A stretch of 64,000 nt of DNA from Comamonadaceae bacterium (lineage in GTDB: Bacteria; Pseudomonadota; Gammaproteobacteria; Burkholderiales; Burkholderiaceae_C): assembly GCA_947445115.1 (NCBI GenBank), contig CANFCG010000002.1, positions 36,204-100,203 on the forward strand, given 5' to 3'. This document shows positions 34,995 through 45,430 of this stretch, piece by piece. Within the stretch, counting starts at the first letter, position 1, and every line of letters begins with the position of its first letter. The position numbers and the translations under genes were made by a program. The notes under the pieces were generated by a model. That model worked only from the letters and a program-made list of their open reading frames with translations, did not search any database and had not been told where the DNA came from.

Positions 34995-36854
34995 TTATTT
35001 AGTTTCAGGCTTCCACACCGTACCAATGGACACGGATTGCAATTTTTTGCGACGTCCGTACCAAAGATTGACTAGTCCGCGCGAGAACAGCACAGCTGAG
35101 AACATGCTGGTCAAAATACCCAAGCAGTGCACCACGGCAAAGCCGCGCACAGGACCAGAGCCAAAGGCTAGCAGCGCTAAACCAGCAATCAAGGTGGTCA
35201 CGTTCGAGTCCAAAATCGTCGCCCAAGCGCGGTCGTAGCCTGTATGGATAGCAGCTTGCGGACTCGCACCGCCGCGCAGCTCTTCGCGCACACGCTCGTT
35301 AATCAGCACGTTCGAGTCAATCGCCATACCAAGCGCCAGCGCCATCGCGGCCACGCCAGGTAAGGTCAGCGTGGCTTGCAACATTGAGAGCACAGCCAGC
35401 AGTAAGAGCAAGTTCACCGCCAAAGCAATGCTGGAGAACATGCCAAAGACCAAGTAATAAATCGACATAAACGCCATGATGACGATGAAACCCCATGTTA
35501 CGGAGTTAAAGCCTTTTTCGATGTTCTCAGCGCCAAGCGAAGGGCCAATCGTTCGCTCTTCGATGATTTCCATCGGTGCGGCCAGCGAGCCGGCGCGTAA
35601 CAAGAGTGCGAGATCGTTGGCTTCGGTGATATTCATGGCACCAGAAATTTGGAATCGATTGCCGAGTTCAGCTTGAATCACAGGCGCTGTTAGCACTTCG
35701 CCCTTGCCTTTTTCAAACAACACGATAGCCATGCGTTTTTTTAAGTTTTCGCGACTCACATCGCGCATGATGCGTCCACCCTTGGCGTCCACCGTCAAAT
35801 CAACTTTGGGCTGCTGCGATTGGGTATCAAAACCTGTCTGCGCATCGTTCAAGCTCTCACCCGTAATAATGACTTGCTTCTTGAGAATCACGGCGCGACC
35901 ATTGCGCTCAAGCATGCGTTCCGAGCCAAAGGGCACGGGCGCGGCGCCAGATTCTGCCAGGCGTCCCTCGGTGCTTTCATCCACAAGGCGCATCTCCAGT
36001 GTTGCTGTGCGCCCCAAAATATCTTTCGCTTTGGCTGTGTCTTGCACACCGGGCAGTTGCACCACGATGCGGTCAAGGCCTTGCTGGGCAATCACGGGCT
36101 CGGACACGCCCAGCTCGTTAATACGGTTGTGCAGCGTCGTGATGTTTTGCTTGAGCGCTTGTTCTTGCACTTTCACAATCGCTTGGGCCTTGGGTGCGAG
36201 CGTGAGTTTGAACTCTGTGCCATCCGGTGATTCGGTGGTTTCGTAATCTTGGAACTGCTCGTGGACAAGATCTTTGCCTTGATTCAAGATGACCTGTTCG
36301 CGAAATTTAATTTCGACGTTATTGCCGCTGCGGCTAATACCGCTGTGGCGAATATTTTTATCGCGAAAAGTAGAGCGCAAATCGTTCGTGAGTGCTTCGG
36401 CCTTTTTCGCAATCACGTCTTTCATGTCTACTTGCAACATGAAGTGAACACCGCCGCGCAAATCGAGTCCCAAATACATGGGCGATGCGTGCAGTGCTGC
36501 GAGCCACTGCGGTGTGCGCGGCACAAGGTTCAAGGCAACGATGTAATTAGCATCATTGCTATCGGGCACCAGCGCTTTTTGCAATGCGTCTTTAGCTTTG
36601 AGTTGAGTGTCGGTGTCCTTGACGCGAGCCTTGATGGACGTGCCTTCCAGAGCGATCGACTCCGCCGTCACGCCGGCATCCTTTAGAGTTTGCTCAATCT
36701 TGCCAAGTAGCGCCGTATCGACCTTGAAGCTCGTACGCAAAGACGACACCTGCACTGCGGGCGCTTCGCCATACAAGTTAGGTAGCGCATAAAGAATGGA
36801 GATGAGAAGCACCACACCAATGATGATGTACTTCCAAAGCGGGTAACGATTCAT
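34995..36854 (-). CDS. secD: Protein translocase subunit SecD
   Basis: MNRYPLWKY..., a large periplasmic domain, LGLDLRGGVHF, and a C-terminal 6-TM region with IDSNVLINERVREE. Confidence 0.95.
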   Translation of the reverse strand: MNRYPLWKYIIIGVVLLISILYALPNLYGEAPAVQVSSLRTSFKVDTALLGKIEQTLKDAGVTAESIALEGTSIKARVKDTDTQLKAKDALQKALVPDSNDANYIVALNLVPRTPQWLAALHASPMYLGLDLRGGVHFMLQVDMKDVIAKKAEALTNDLRSTFRDKNIRHSGISRSGNNVEIKFREQVILNQGKDLVHEQFQDYETTESPDGTEFKLTLAPKAQAIVKVQEQALKQNITTLHNRINELGVSEPVIAQQGLDRIVVQLPGVQDTAKAKDILGRTATLEMRLVDESTEGRLAESGAAPVPFGSERMLERNGRAVILKKQVIITGESLNDAQTGFDTQSQQPKVDLTVDAKGGRIMRDVSRENLKKRMAIVLFEKGKGEVLTAPVIQAELGNRFQISGAMNITEANDLALLLRAGSLAAPMEIIEERTIGPSLGAENIEKGFNSVTWGFIVIMAFMSIYYLVFGMFSSIALAVNLLLLLAVLSMLQATLTLPGVAAMALALGMAIDSNVLINERVREELRGGASPQAAIHTGYDRAWATILDSNVTTLIAGLALLAFGSGPVRGFAVVHCLGILTSMFSAVLFSRGLVNLWYGRRKKLQSVSIGTVWKPETK

Positions 36855-36884
36855 AATTTGACTCGATCAATTCAAATGGATGTC

Positions 36885-36904
36885 ATCCCCGCGTAGGCGG
36901 GGAT
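36885..36904. repeat. REP-like hairpin element, compensated variant (ATCCCCGC-GTAG-GCGGGGAT, preceded by GTC)
   Basis: Perfect 8-bp arms. The T>C change in one arm is matched by A>G in the other. Intergenic, between yajC and secD. Confidence 0.7.
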
Positions 36905-36921
36905 CCAAGGCTAGCAATAGA

Positions 36922-37260
36922 TTACCCGCGCGTGCCTTTTGGCAAAATTTGGGCTACTGCAAAACGCTGGATTTGCATCTCAACGCCAGAAGCCACTTCG
37001 ACTGTCACGATCGAGTCACCCATTTTGGTAATCGTTCCGATGATGCCGCCAGCCGTTGCCACTTCGTCGCCCTTGGCGAGTGCATCCAGCATAGCTTTGG
37101 TTTCTTTTTGGCGCTTCATTTGTGGACGAATCATCACAAAATACAGCACCACAAACATCAGAACCAATGGCAGCATGCCTTGCAAAGAACCCATGATGCC
37201 GTCGCCAGTAGAGGCGGCTGCGGCGGGGGCGGTTTGAGCGATAGCGGAAGAAATAAACAT
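36922..37260 (-). CDS. yajC: Preprotein translocase subunit YajC
   Basis: Motif VVLYFVMIRPQMKRQKETKAMLDALAKGDEVATAGGIIGTI. ATG 37260 is chosen because the longer track ORF would run through an upstream terminator hairpin. Confidence 0.9.
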   Translation of the reverse strand: MFISSAIAQTAPAAAASTGDGIMGSLQGMLPLVLMFVVLYFVMIRPQMKRQKETKAMLDALAKGDEVATAGGIIGTITKMGDSIVTVEVASGVEMQIQRFAVAQILPKGTRG

Positions 37261-37277
37261 GGAAACTCCAATAGATG

Positions 37278-37312
37278 AAAATAAAAAGCAACCACGCATT
37301 TTAGGTGGTTGC
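37278..37312 (-). terminator. Rho-independent terminator after the SIMPL-family gene
   Basis: On the minus strand: GCAACCAC-(9 nt loop)-GTGGTTGC followed by TTTTTATTTT. Confidence 0.65.
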
Positions 37313-37364
37313 CAACAAAGCCAAGTATTGGCGGTGTGAGAGGGCTAAGTGAGGGGTAGATTCG

Positions 37365-38123
37365 TTATTTCAACTGAATCGAACCGCTCACCGTCAGGTT
37401 AATCGCCGTGCGTCCCGCTTCAATCTGCACGGGCGCAGCGTCCGCCATTGCGGCTCTGGCCATCATCATCATCGGGCGCGGCTGATTGGGTTGCTCCAGC
37501 TGCGCTTGCTGGATATTGATTTCTCGGATGGCGTAGCCGCTAAATCCTAACGTTTGTGCTGCCACCTTGGCTTTAGCTTGAAACGCCTGCAAGCCTTGCT
37601 GCAAAAGGGCTGCGTCCTCACGCGCCTTCAGTTCACGGCTGACTTCAAAGCCGCTCCCCACAATTTTTAGCGATTGACTGAGACTTCCAGATAACTTACC
37701 CAGCGAGCCAAAGTCTTTGCTCTTCAAAATCAAATCCGAGCGCACCGTCCAACCAATGACGTTGCCCTTGGTGTCGTATTGCTGATTAGTAGAGGAATTG
37801 CCTGTGAGGGTCTCCACGCCGCTCGCCGCCTTGGCTTCGCGCACGGCATCGCCCATGATTTTGTTGATGTGCTGTGTGATGGCGGAGGCGTCCGCCCCCG
37901 ATTTTTCTGCCGCCATGGTGATGACGGCGGTGTCAGGCGTGATGGGGGCATAGACTACGGCATCTAAGCGCACGAGGTTGAGTGGCTCTGGGGTGGTTTG
38001 CGCCAGCGTAGCGCCTGCACATAAAACAGTGGCAGCTACAGCACAAAGACGTTTGATGACGTTCACCCCAAGTGTCGGCGACCAGAAGCGAGTGAAAAAA
38101 TCCGTGGCTTTAGTCATAAGCAT
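37365..38123 (-). CDS. SIMPL/DUF541-like secreted protein (BP26/OMP28-like)
   Basis: Signal peptide ...LCAGATLAQ. 252 aa. The overall pattern (two repeated alpha/beta halves, C-terminal ...AINLTVSGSIQL) resembles the SIMPL family. This is judged by eye only. Confidence 0.5.
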   Translation of the reverse strand: MLMTKATDFFTRFWSPTLGVNVIKRLCAVAATVLCAGATLAQTTPEPLNLVRLDAVVYAPITPDTAVITMAAEKSGADASAITQHINKIMGDAVREAKAASGVETLTGNSSTNQQYDTKGNVIGWTVRSDLILKSKDFGSLGKLSGSLSQSLKIVGSGFEVSRELKAREDAALLQQGLQAFQAKAKVAAQTLGFSGYAIREINIQQAQLEQPNQPRPMMMMARAAMADAAPVQIEAGRTAINLTVSGSIQLK

Positions 38124-39130
38124 CAGGCACTTCGGTGCATGCCCAAACGCGTTAGTAATTCCAAATCTGCGTTGGTATCAGGATTGCCTGTCGTGAGCAG
38201 CTTATCGCCGTAAAAAATAGAGTTTGCGCCTGCCAAGAAACATAAGGCCTGCACCGCGTCACCCATTTGTTGGCGCCCCGCGGATAAGCGCACTTTAGCT
38301 GTCGGCATCGTGATACGTGCGACGGCAATCGTACGGACAAACTCAAACGGATCGAGGTCAGCTTGAGTCGCCAGCGGTGTGCCCTCTACTTTGACCAAGT
38401 TATTAATAGGCACAGATTCTGGATACGGCGCAAGGTTGGCCAACTCAGCCACCAAACCCGCACGCTGACGGCGTGTCTCGCCCATACCCACAATGCCACC
38501 GCAGCATACTTTGACACCTGCACTACGCACACGCGTTAAAGTATCCAAGCGGTCTTGATAATCACGAGTGGTGATGATGTCTCCATAAAAATCAGGTGCG
38601 CTATCCAAGTTGTGGTTGTAGTAATCGAGGCCTGCGCTTTGCAATGTTTGCGCGTGCCCGTCCTCTAGCATTCCGAGGGTCGCGCAGGTTTCTAGGCCAA
38701 GCGCTTTGACGATTCGCACTAACTCGGCAACGCGCTCAATGTCACGGTCTTTGGGCGAACGCCATGCCGCCCCCATACAAAAGCGCGTCGCACCGGCGGC
38801 CTTGGCTCGCTTCGCCACTTCCAAAACAGCATCGGGTTCCATCAGTTTGGTAGCTTCTACCCCTGTGTCAAAACGAGCTGCCTGGGGACAATAGTTACAG
38901 TCTTCAGGGCATCCTCCAGTTTTGACGGAAAGCAAGGTTGCAAACTCGACGCGTGTTAGATCAAAATGAGCGCGGTGCACTTGCTGAGCCTGGTGCATCA
39001 ACTCAGGAAATGGTAAGTTAAACAGTGCTTCAATCGCATCGACCGACCAACGTTTTTGAATACTATCGGCATCAGTTAATCGTGTTGTTTTGATGTGATG
39101 CGTGAGAGGGTGTTCAATTAATCTTGTCAT
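38123..39130 (-). CDS. bioB: Biotin synthase
   Basis: Radical-SAM motif [12 protein letters not shown]. The 335-aa length and conserved C-terminal region fit. Confidence 0.95.
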   Translation of the reverse strand: MTRLIEHPLTHHIKTTRLTDADSIQKRWSVDAIEALFNLPFPELMHQAQQVHRAHFDLTRVEFATLLSVKTGGCPEDCNYCPQAARFDTGVEATKLMEPDAVLEVAKRAKAAGATRFCMGAAWRSPKDRDIERVAELVRIVKALGLETCATLGMLEDGHAQTLQSAGLDYYNHNLDSAPDFYGDIITTRDYQDRLDTLTRVRSAGVKVCCGGIVGMGETRRQRAGLVAELANLAPYPESVPINNLVKVEGTPLATQADLDPFEFVRTIAVARITMPTAKVRLSAGRQQMGDAVQALCFLAGANSIFYGDKLLTTGNPDTNADLELLTRLGMHRSA

Positions 39131-39165
39131 AAGGCTAGTTTAAGTTAGTTATCATCCCAGCCCTT

Positions 39166-40044
39166 ATGAGCACACTATTTGATTTTTCTGAACAAGCCAT
39201 TCAAAACTTAGCCAAGATCGACGCTTCGCGTGCGCTAGCAGAGGATTTAGGTGGTGTGGACGGTCATGATTTAACGGCAGGTTTGATTAACGCTAACCAC
39301 AAGGCCAAAGCACAAGTATTAGCCCGCGAGAGTGCTGTCATTTGCGGCGTGACATGGGTGGAGGCCACCCTCCATCAATTAGACCCCACTGCGCAACTCA
39401 AATGGAATGTCCGAGACGGACAGCGCTGCGAAGCAAACCAAGTTATTTTGCACATAGAGGGTTCGGCACAATCACTGCTGACGGCGGAACGGACAGCACT
39501 GAACTTTTTGCAATTGCTTAGCGCTGTTGCAACTAAGACGGCTCTGCACGTCGATGCAGTGCGCGGCACGAAAGCCCATATTGTTGATACACGCAAGACA
39601 TTACCAGGTCTGCGTTTGGCTCAAAAATATGCGGTACGAATGGGCGGTGGCGTCAATCACCGTATTGGGTTGTATGACGCCGTACTGATTAAAGAAAATC
39701 ACATCGCCGCGGCAGGCGGAATTACCCAAGTACTGGCACAAGCGGCAAAGGTCGCTTTACACGCCAGTTTCATTGAGATTGAAGTAGAAACCCTCGCGCA
39801 ACTAGAGGAGGCGCTGGCTGCGGGTGCGCAGATGGTGTTACTAGACAATATGGATGTGCCCACGCTGCAAAAGGCCGTGGCAATTAACCAAGGTCGAGCG
39901 ATCCTTGAGATTTCTGGTGGCGTGACTTTAGAGGGGCTGCGCACTTTAGCCAATACAGGAGTGGACCGCATCTCTATTGGCGCACTGACTAAGGACGTGA
40001 AAGCAATCGATTTTTCTATGCGTTTTGAAAGCCAGAATGTCTAA
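39166..40044 (+). CDS. nadC: Nicotinate-nucleotide diphosphorylase (carboxylating)
   Basis: Motifs [27 protein letters not shown] and IKENHI. It precedes nadA. Confidence 0.92.
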   Translation: MSTLFDFSEQAIQNLAKIDASRALAEDLGGVDGHDLTAGLINANHKAKAQVLARESAVICGVTWVEATLHQLDPTAQLKWNVRDGQRCEANQVILHIEGSAQSLLTAERTALNFLQLLSAVATKTALHVDAVRGTKAHIVDTRKTLPGLRLAQKYAVRMGGGVNHRIGLYDAVLIKENHIAAAGGITQVLAQAAKVALHASFIEIEVETLAQLEEALAAGAQMVLLDNMDVPTLQKAVAINQGRAILEISGGVTLEGLRTLANTGVDRISIGALTKDVKAIDFSMRFESQNV

Positions 40045-41134
40045 TGTGATTGATGTTGAGTACGAGCAGCCTAGCTGTAACACTTTGCACGCGTGGGCAC
40101 GGGTTCCCGTCGAGCCTCTGCCCGAACGGCGCACTGCCCTTAAAGAAAAAATCAGACGACTCTTAAAGGAGCGCAATGCCGTCATGGTGTCGCACTATTA
40201 CGTCCACCCCGACCTACAAGACTTAGCTGAAGAGACTGGCGGATTGGTGAGCGACTCACTGGAGATGGCACGTTTTGGCCGCGAACACAGCGCCCAAACA
40301 CTAGTTGTCTCTGGTGTTCGCTTTATGGGCGAAACTGCCAAAATTTTGTCGCCTGAAAAGCGTGTCTTGATGCCCGATTTGGATGCGACGTGTTCCCTCG
40401 ACCTAGGTTGCCCTGTGGACGCATTTACGGCTTTTTGCGATGCGCACCCCGATCGCACGGTGGTGGTGTATGCCAACACCAGTGCCGCCGTTAAAGCCCG
40501 TGCAGATTGGGTCGTTACGTCTAGCTGCGCAGTAGACATTGTCCGAGCCTTAAGTGCTCAAGGGCACAAAATTTTATGGGCACCGGATAAGCATTTAGGC
40601 GATTACATCCAGCGTGAAACGGGTGCGGATATGCTGTTTTGGAGTGGTGCCTGCATCGTGCATGACGAGTTCAAAGCCATAGAGCTTGAATCACTCAAAC
40701 TAGAGCATCCAGACGCCAAGGTGTTGGTGCATCCCGAGTCGCCTGCCGACGTGGTTGCGCTGGCAGATGCCGTGGGCTCAACATCAGCGATATTAAATGC
40801 TGCGCGCACGATGGATGCATCCACCTTCATCGTTGCAACCGACAACGGCATGATGCACAAGCTACGGACGCAAAACCCGAACAAACGATTTATTGAAGCG
40901 CCGACAGCAGGCAATAGTGCCACGTGTAAAAGCTGTGCACATTGCCCTTGGATGGCGATGAATGGCTTGACTGGACTGGCGCATGCGCTGGAACACGTGA
41001 CCAACGAAATTCACGTCGAGCCTTCGCTGGGATTGGCAGCTAAGTTGCCGATTGATCGAATGTTGACCTTTACTGCCACACAAAAAAATGGTCTGGGTGC
41101 AGGGGCACTCGTGCCCATGGTTGGCGCAGTCTGA
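40037..41134 (+). CDS. nadA: Quinolinate synthase
   Basis: Motifs [13 protein letters not shown]...[10 protein letters not shown] and [14 protein letters not shown] 40037 is preferred over the track's TTG 40025. Confidence 0.9.
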   Translation: MSNVIDVEYEQPSCNTLHAWARVPVEPLPERRTALKEKIRRLLKERNAVMVSHYYVHPDLQDLAEETGGLVSDSLEMARFGREHSAQTLVVSGVRFMGETAKILSPEKRVLMPDLDATCSLDLGCPVDAFTAFCDAHPDRTVVVYANTSAAVKARADWVVTSSCAVDIVRALSAQGHKILWAPDKHLGDYIQRETGADMLFWSGACIVHDEFKAIELESLKLEHPDAKVLVHPESPADVVALADAVGSTSAILNAARTMDASTFIVATDNGMMHKLRTQNPNKRFIEAPTAGNSATCKSCAHCPWMAMNGLTGLAHALEHVTNEIHVEPSLGLAAKLPIDRMLTFTATQKNGLGAGALVPMVGAV

Positions 41135-41143
41135 AGCTGCGAC

Positions 41144-42703
41144 TTAAGACGGCGTTAGCAGAGTTGGCTGTGCCGTGTCAGCCATGCTTGGATAGTCAGG
41201 GCTATAGTGCAGCCCACGGCTCTCGTGCCGTAACTGTGCCGAACGCACGATCAAATCAGCGACTTGCACCAAATTGCGTAGCTCCAGTAAATCACGCGTC
41301 ACTTGGAAGCTAGCGTAGTACTCGTGAATTTCGCTTTGCAATAATTGAATGCGGTGTGCTGCACGCGCAAGCCGTTTGTTGGTACGCACAATGCCCACGT
41401 AGTCCCACATAAAACGACGTAGCTCCCCCCAGTTGTGCGAAATCACAACGGCCTCGTCGGCTTCGATCACACGACTGTCATCCCAATCGGGTAACGAGAT
41501 GGATGCAGTTGGCTGCGAATTCAAAATAGCCTCGACAGCCGCACTGGCAAACACCATGCACTCTAAAAGCGAATTGCTGGCCAACCGATTGGCGCCGTGC
41601 AAGCCCGTATAAGCGGCCTCACCAATGGCGTATAGACCCACAATATCCGTGCGCCCACTAAGGTCAGCCACCACGCCACCGCAGGTGTAGTGCGCCGCAG
41701 GTACCACAGGAATTGGTTGGCGTGCGATATCGATACCCAGCTCTAGGCACTTTGCATTAATGTTGGGAAAGTGCTCGTGAATAAAAGAGAGCGGCTGATG
41801 CGAAATGTCCAAATACACGCAATCTAGCCCATGTTTTTTCATTTCAAAATCAATGGCACGTGCGACCACATCGCGTGGCGCTAACTCCGCACGGACGTCA
41901 TGGTTGGGCATAAAGCGCTGCCCACCCGCTGACTCGGGCAGCACCAGGATGCCGCCTTCGCCGCGCACAGCTTCAGAAATCAAAAAGGATTTGGCGTTTG
42001 GGTGATAAAGGGATGTGGGATGAAATTGAATAAATTCCATATTGCCCACGCGGCAACCGGCGCGCCACGCCGATGCAATGCCATCACCCGTAGCGGTATC
42101 GGGGTTGGTAGTGTACAGATACACCTTGCCTGCACCGCCCGTTGCTAGCAGCGTATGCTGTGCACTAAAAGTCACAACCTTGCCACTCTTGCCTTCTAGC
42201 GCATACAAACCGACGCAGCGTTTGTCCACAGTTATCAAATCCACCAAAGTGTGATCTTCAAATAAATGAATGTTGCTGCGGCGACGTACTTGCTCAATCA
42301 ACGTTTTTTGCACAGCATCGCCGGTCGCATCGGTTGCATGAACAATACGCCTTGCGCTGTGCCCGCCTTCGCGCGTTAAATGTAGCTGGCCGTTTTCTTC
42401 GGAAAACTGCACCCCCAAACTTTCTAACCACCGAACGGTTTGTGGTGCGCGCTCCACGACGAAACGCGTGGCGGCGATATCCGATAACCCGGCCCCAGCG
42501 ACCAAGGTATCGTCGATATGCGACTGAAACGTGTCGCCTTTGGCAAACACCGCTGCAATGCCGCCCTGTGCCCAGCGGCTAGAGCCATCGTTGATAGCCC
42601 TCTTTGTCACGATGGCCACCTGCTGCGTTGGCGGCAAACGTAGCGCTGCGGTCAAGCCCGCCAAACCGCTACCGATGATCAAAACATCAAATTTTTTTTG
42701 CAT
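41144..42703 (-). CDS. nadB: L-aspartate oxidase
   Basis: FAD motif FDVLIIGSGLAGLTAAL and the HGANRLASNSLLE motif. Confidence 0.93.
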   Translation of the reverse strand: MQKKFDVLIIGSGLAGLTAALRLPPTQQVAIVTKRAINDGSSRWAQGGIAAVFAKGDTFQSHIDDTLVAGAGLSDIAATRFVVERAPQTVRWLESLGVQFSEENGQLHLTREGGHSARRIVHATDATGDAVQKTLIEQVRRRSNIHLFEDHTLVDLITVDKRCVGLYALEGKSGKVVTFSAQHTLLATGGAGKVYLYTTNPDTATGDGIASAWRAGCRVGNMEFIQFHPTSLYHPNAKSFLISEAVRGEGGILVLPESAGGQRFMPNHDVRAELAPRDVVARAIDFEMKKHGLDCVYLDISHQPLSFIHEHFPNINAKCLELGIDIARQPIPVVPAAHYTCGGVVADLSGRTDIVGLYAIGEAAYTGLHGANRLASNSLLECMVFASAAVEAILNSQPTASISLPDWDDSRVIEADEAVVISHNWGELRRFMWDYVGIVRTNKRLARAAHRIQLLQSEIHEYYASFQVTRDLLELRNLVQVADLIVRSAQLRHESRGLHYSPDYPSMADTAQPTLLTPS

Positions 42704-42765
42704 ATTTAGGAAAAGGCAAAGTTAACCTCGTTCAGAATCGTTTTGTGCAGAACACAAAGCGTAGG

Positions 42766-43761
42766 CTATTTCACCAAAACTCCATGTGCTTGTTGGTCTG
42801 CATGGTACGAGCTACGTACCATTGCTCCCACAGCCGCATGGCTAAAGCCCATTTCATAAGCCTTGGCTTCAAACATCTTGAACGTATCGGGATGTACATA
42901 GCGGCGCACGGGCAAGTGGCTACTGGACGGTGCGAGGTATTGTCCAATAGTCAGCATGTCGATGTTGTGATCTCTCATGTCTTGCATGACCTGCAAAATC
43001 TCTTCGTCGGTTTCGCCGAGCCCCACCATGATGCCGCTCTTGGTCGGCACGCTGGGGTGCAGCGCTTTAAACTTTTTGAGCAAGTTCAAGCTGAATTGAT
43101 AGTCCGAACCTGGGCGAGCTTCTTTGTATAGACGCGGCGCGGTCTCTAGGTTGTGGTTCATCACGTCGGGCGGGGCGAGCTTTAAAATTTCTAACGCACG
43201 GTCGTCGCGGCCTCTAAAGTCGGGCACAAGGATTTCGATTTGCGTGGTGGGCGAAAGCTCCCGCACGGCGCGGATGCAATCGACAAAATGCTGGGATCCA
43301 CCGTCGCGCAAGTCGTCACGGTCAACCGACGTAATCACGACGTATTTGAGCTTGAGTGCCGCAATGGTTTTGGCAAGATTTTGTGGCTCATTCACGTCCA
43401 GCGGATCAGGCCTGCCATGTCCCACATCGCAAAACGGGCAGCGCCGCGTGCACTTGTCGCCCATGATCATGAAGGTCGCCGTGCCTTTGCCAAAGCATTC
43501 GCCAATGTTGGGGCACGAGGCTTCTTCGCACACGGTGTTGAGTTTGTTCTCGCGCAGGATTTGTTTGATTTCGTTAAACCGAGTTGAGGCTGAGCCCGCC
43601 TTCACGCGGATCCAATCGGGCTTTTTTAAGACCTCGGCCTGCACTACCTTAATGGGAATGCGCGACAGCTTGGCCGCGGCCTTTTGTTTGGCGAGTGGGT
43701 TGTACTCCTCTGTCGTCTGAACAGTTCGGACAGTGGGGCGGACGATTTCGTGTGTGGACAT
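42766..43761 (-). CDS. lipA: Lipoyl synthase
   Basis: Cluster motifs [12 protein letters not shown] and [13 protein letters not shown] 43761 (MSTHEIV...) is preferred. The 51-codon track extension lacks homology and overlaps the coq7 start. Confidence 0.93.
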   Translation of the reverse strand: MSTHEIVRPTVRTVQTTEEYNPLAKQKAAAKLSRIPIKVVQAEVLKKPDWIRVKAGSASTRFNEIKQILRENKLNTVCEEASCPNIGECFGKGTATFMIMGDKCTRRCPFCDVGHGRPDPLDVNEPQNLAKTIAALKLKYVVITSVDRDDLRDGGSQHFVDCIRAVRELSPTTQIEILVPDFRGRDDRALEILKLAPPDVMNHNLETAPRLYKEARPGSDYQFSLNLLKKFKALHPSVPTKSGIMVGLGETDEEILQVMQDMRDHNIDMLTIGQYLAPSSSHLPVRRYVHPDTFKMFEAKAYEMGFSHAAVGAMVRSSYHADQQAHGVLVK

Positions 43762-43789
43762 AGTGCGGTTGATTTTACAATCGCAGCAT

Positions 43790-44464
43790 ATGCTCCAGAT
43801 TGCCACGCACTCCCCCGTTGACCAATTGCTCAGCAGCGTCGATGTGGCGCTACGCACGCTCTTTGCTAAGCCACGTGCCGCAAGGGCTACGCCGATGCCT
43901 ACTCTGCAAGTCAAGGGCGACGGGGCCTCCCAGCTATCGGATGCGGAAAAACGCCATGCCGCAGGGCTGATGCGGGTTAATCACGTAGGCGAGGTTTGTG
44001 CGCAGGCGCTTTACTCGGCGCAGGCGCTGAGTGCAAGTACACAGGAAAGCCGTGCGCAGTTTGAGCATGCCGCGCGCGAAGAAATGGATCACTTGGCATG
44101 GACGGCTGAGCGTCTGGCGGAGCTGGGTAGCCGCCAGTCGTTGCTGAATCCGCTGTGGTACGCGGGTGCATTTGGATTGGGTTTGGTCGCGGGGCGGCTG
44201 GGCGGCGACCGTATAAGTCTTGGGTTTTTGGTCGAAACAGAGGCCCAGGTGGAGGCGCATTTAGCGAGTCATCTCCTTCACGATCTGAGTGGCTTGCCTA
44301 GGAGCGATCACCACTCGCGCGCCATCGTGGCGCAAATGCAGCAAGATGAGGCGGAGCATGGTCACATGGCAAAGGAGGCGGGTGCGACGAAACTATCGCC
44401 AACAACTCAAGCCTTGATGGGCAAGGCCGCCAAGGTCATGACGACCGTGGCTTACTGGGTTTGA
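43790..44464 (+). CDS. coq7: Demethoxyubiquinone hydroxylase (Coq7 family di-iron monooxygenase)
   Basis: Motifs [24 protein letters not shown] and QDEAEHG (di-iron ligand motifs). ATG 43790 gives a typical length of about 224 aa. Confidence 0.88.
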   Translation: MLQIATHSPVDQLLSSVDVALRTLFAKPRAARATPMPTLQVKGDGASQLSDAEKRHAAGLMRVNHVGEVCAQALYSAQALSASTQESRAQFEHAAREEMDHLAWTAERLAELGSRQSLLNPLWYAGAFGLGLVAGRLGGDRISLGFLVETEAQVEAHLASHLLHDLSGLPRSDHHSRAIVAQMQQDEAEHGHMAKEAGATKLSPTTQALMGKAAKVMTTVAYWV

Positions 44465-44472
44465 CGCAGCCT

Positions 44473-44769
44473 TTAATTCCAGCCAATCAGGACCAATCCT
44501 TTTTCTCGAATGCAGTTTTGCACCATATTGCGATAGGCTTGATTTTTTTCGGCTGGCTGCATAGCCGAGCTACTTGGCAAAAGAGGTGTAAGTCCAGCCT
44601 CTTTCGCCTTAGTTAAACAGGCATCAACTGCCGATTGTGGTGCAGGCGAGCCTCTGCCATCCAAAACAACGGGATGATCCCAATGCTGTGGGGCTGTGGC
44701 AGCGCAGCCAACCAAGATGATGAGCCCGAAGGTGGCTAGTAAAGTTGATTTTTTAATTTTATTTTTCAT
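44473..44769 (-). CDS. Small lipoprotein, paralog of 44835-45284
   Basis: Lipobox ILVGCAA. Shares the N-proximal (D/N)ACL...A..AGL(T/S)P motif and the C-terminal YRNMVQNCIREKGLVLIGWN motif with its neighbour. Confidence 0.65.
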   Translation of the reverse strand: MKNKIKKSTLLATFGLIILVGCAATAPQHWDHPVVLDGRGSPAPQSAVDACLTKAKEAGLTPLLPSSSAMQPAEKNQAYRNMVQNCIREKGLVLIGWN

Positions 44770-44803
44770 TTTTCATTTTTAAAAGTAATACTTAATAATA
44801 GCA

Positions 44804-44840
44804 TTTAATTTAATTTAATTTAATTTAATTTAATTTAATT
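44804..44840. repeat. Pentanucleotide microsatellite (TTTAA)x7.4
   Basis: Read directly. It begins at the stop codon of the upstream lipoprotein gene and fills most of the 65-bp gap before the next one. Confidence 0.95.
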
Positions 44841-45284
44841 CCAGCCAATGGATTCAAGACCTTTTTCACTGATGCAGCGCTGAACAAAGTTTCGGTACAG
44901 TGGGTTGGCTTGCGCGGGACGCATTGCACCGCCAGTGGCTCCAACGGCTCCGCCAACCGCTGCGCCCGCGACAGCTTGAGCCAAAGAGCTCTCCAGGTTA
45001 CGTCCAGATACTAGGCCGCCCACCACCCCAGCCACGCCAGCCATCATGCCGCCCGATGCTGCGCCTTGTGCTACTGAGTTATTTTGTGCCATGGGGCTAA
45101 GGCCAGCGGCTTGCGCGCTCGCTAAGCAGGCGTTCACTTCGGCGTCAGCCGCTGCTTGCCCGATTTTGTTAAAGGTCGCGTTGGGATAGAGTAAAGGCCG
45201 CGAAGGCGCTTGCTGTGTCGTGGCGCAGCCTGTGGCTAGAGCCGCGACGAGGGTTGATAGAGTCAATAAAGTAAAAATGCGCAT
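44835..45284 (-). CDS. Small lipoprotein with glycine-zipper-like segment, paralog of 44473-44769
   Basis: Lipobox LATGCAT. Gly/Ala-rich GAASGGMMAGVAGVVGGLVSG...GAAVGGAVGATGG. C-terminus YRNFVQRCISEKGLESIGWN. Confidence 0.7.
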   Translation of the reverse strand: MRIFTLLTLSTLVAALATGCATTQQAPSRPLLYPNATFNKIGQAAADAEVNACLASAQAAGLSPMAQNNSVAQGAASGGMMAGVAGVVGGLVSGRNLESSLAQAVAGAAVGGAVGATGGAMRPAQANPLYRNFVQRCISEKGLESIGWN

Positions 45285-45430
45285 GATGTGTTTCCTTAAA
45301 AAGTAATACCAAATGTAACCGCTACCTATACAACGTGGAATGCGCGTGATGCGCTGACAAAAATGTAAGGATTACGAGTTTACTCTTGGCTACAATACGG
45401 CTTTCCTAAATTTGTGAAGGTGTTTTTAGT

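Noticed and set aside
39131-39165. The 35-bp divergent gap between bioB and nadC, considered as a shared regulatory site
   Set aside because: It is too short to analyse by eye. I recognised no palindrome or known BirA/NadR-type operator.
43124-43720. 198-aa and 115-aa plus-strand ORFs inside lipA
   Set aside because: They are antisense to a gene with unambiguous radical-SAM and lipoyl synthase motifs, and have no features of their own.
43762-43914. A 51-codon N-terminal extension of lipA
   Set aside because: It has no similarity to LipA N-termini, is Cys/Trp-rich and odd in composition, and overlaps the divergent coq7 start region. ATG 43761 gives a canonical-length protein.
44804-44840. 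The repetitive AT-rich tract considered as a CRISPR-like or other interspersed array
   Set aside because: It is a pure 5-bp microsatellite without spacers, so it is not a CRISPR array.
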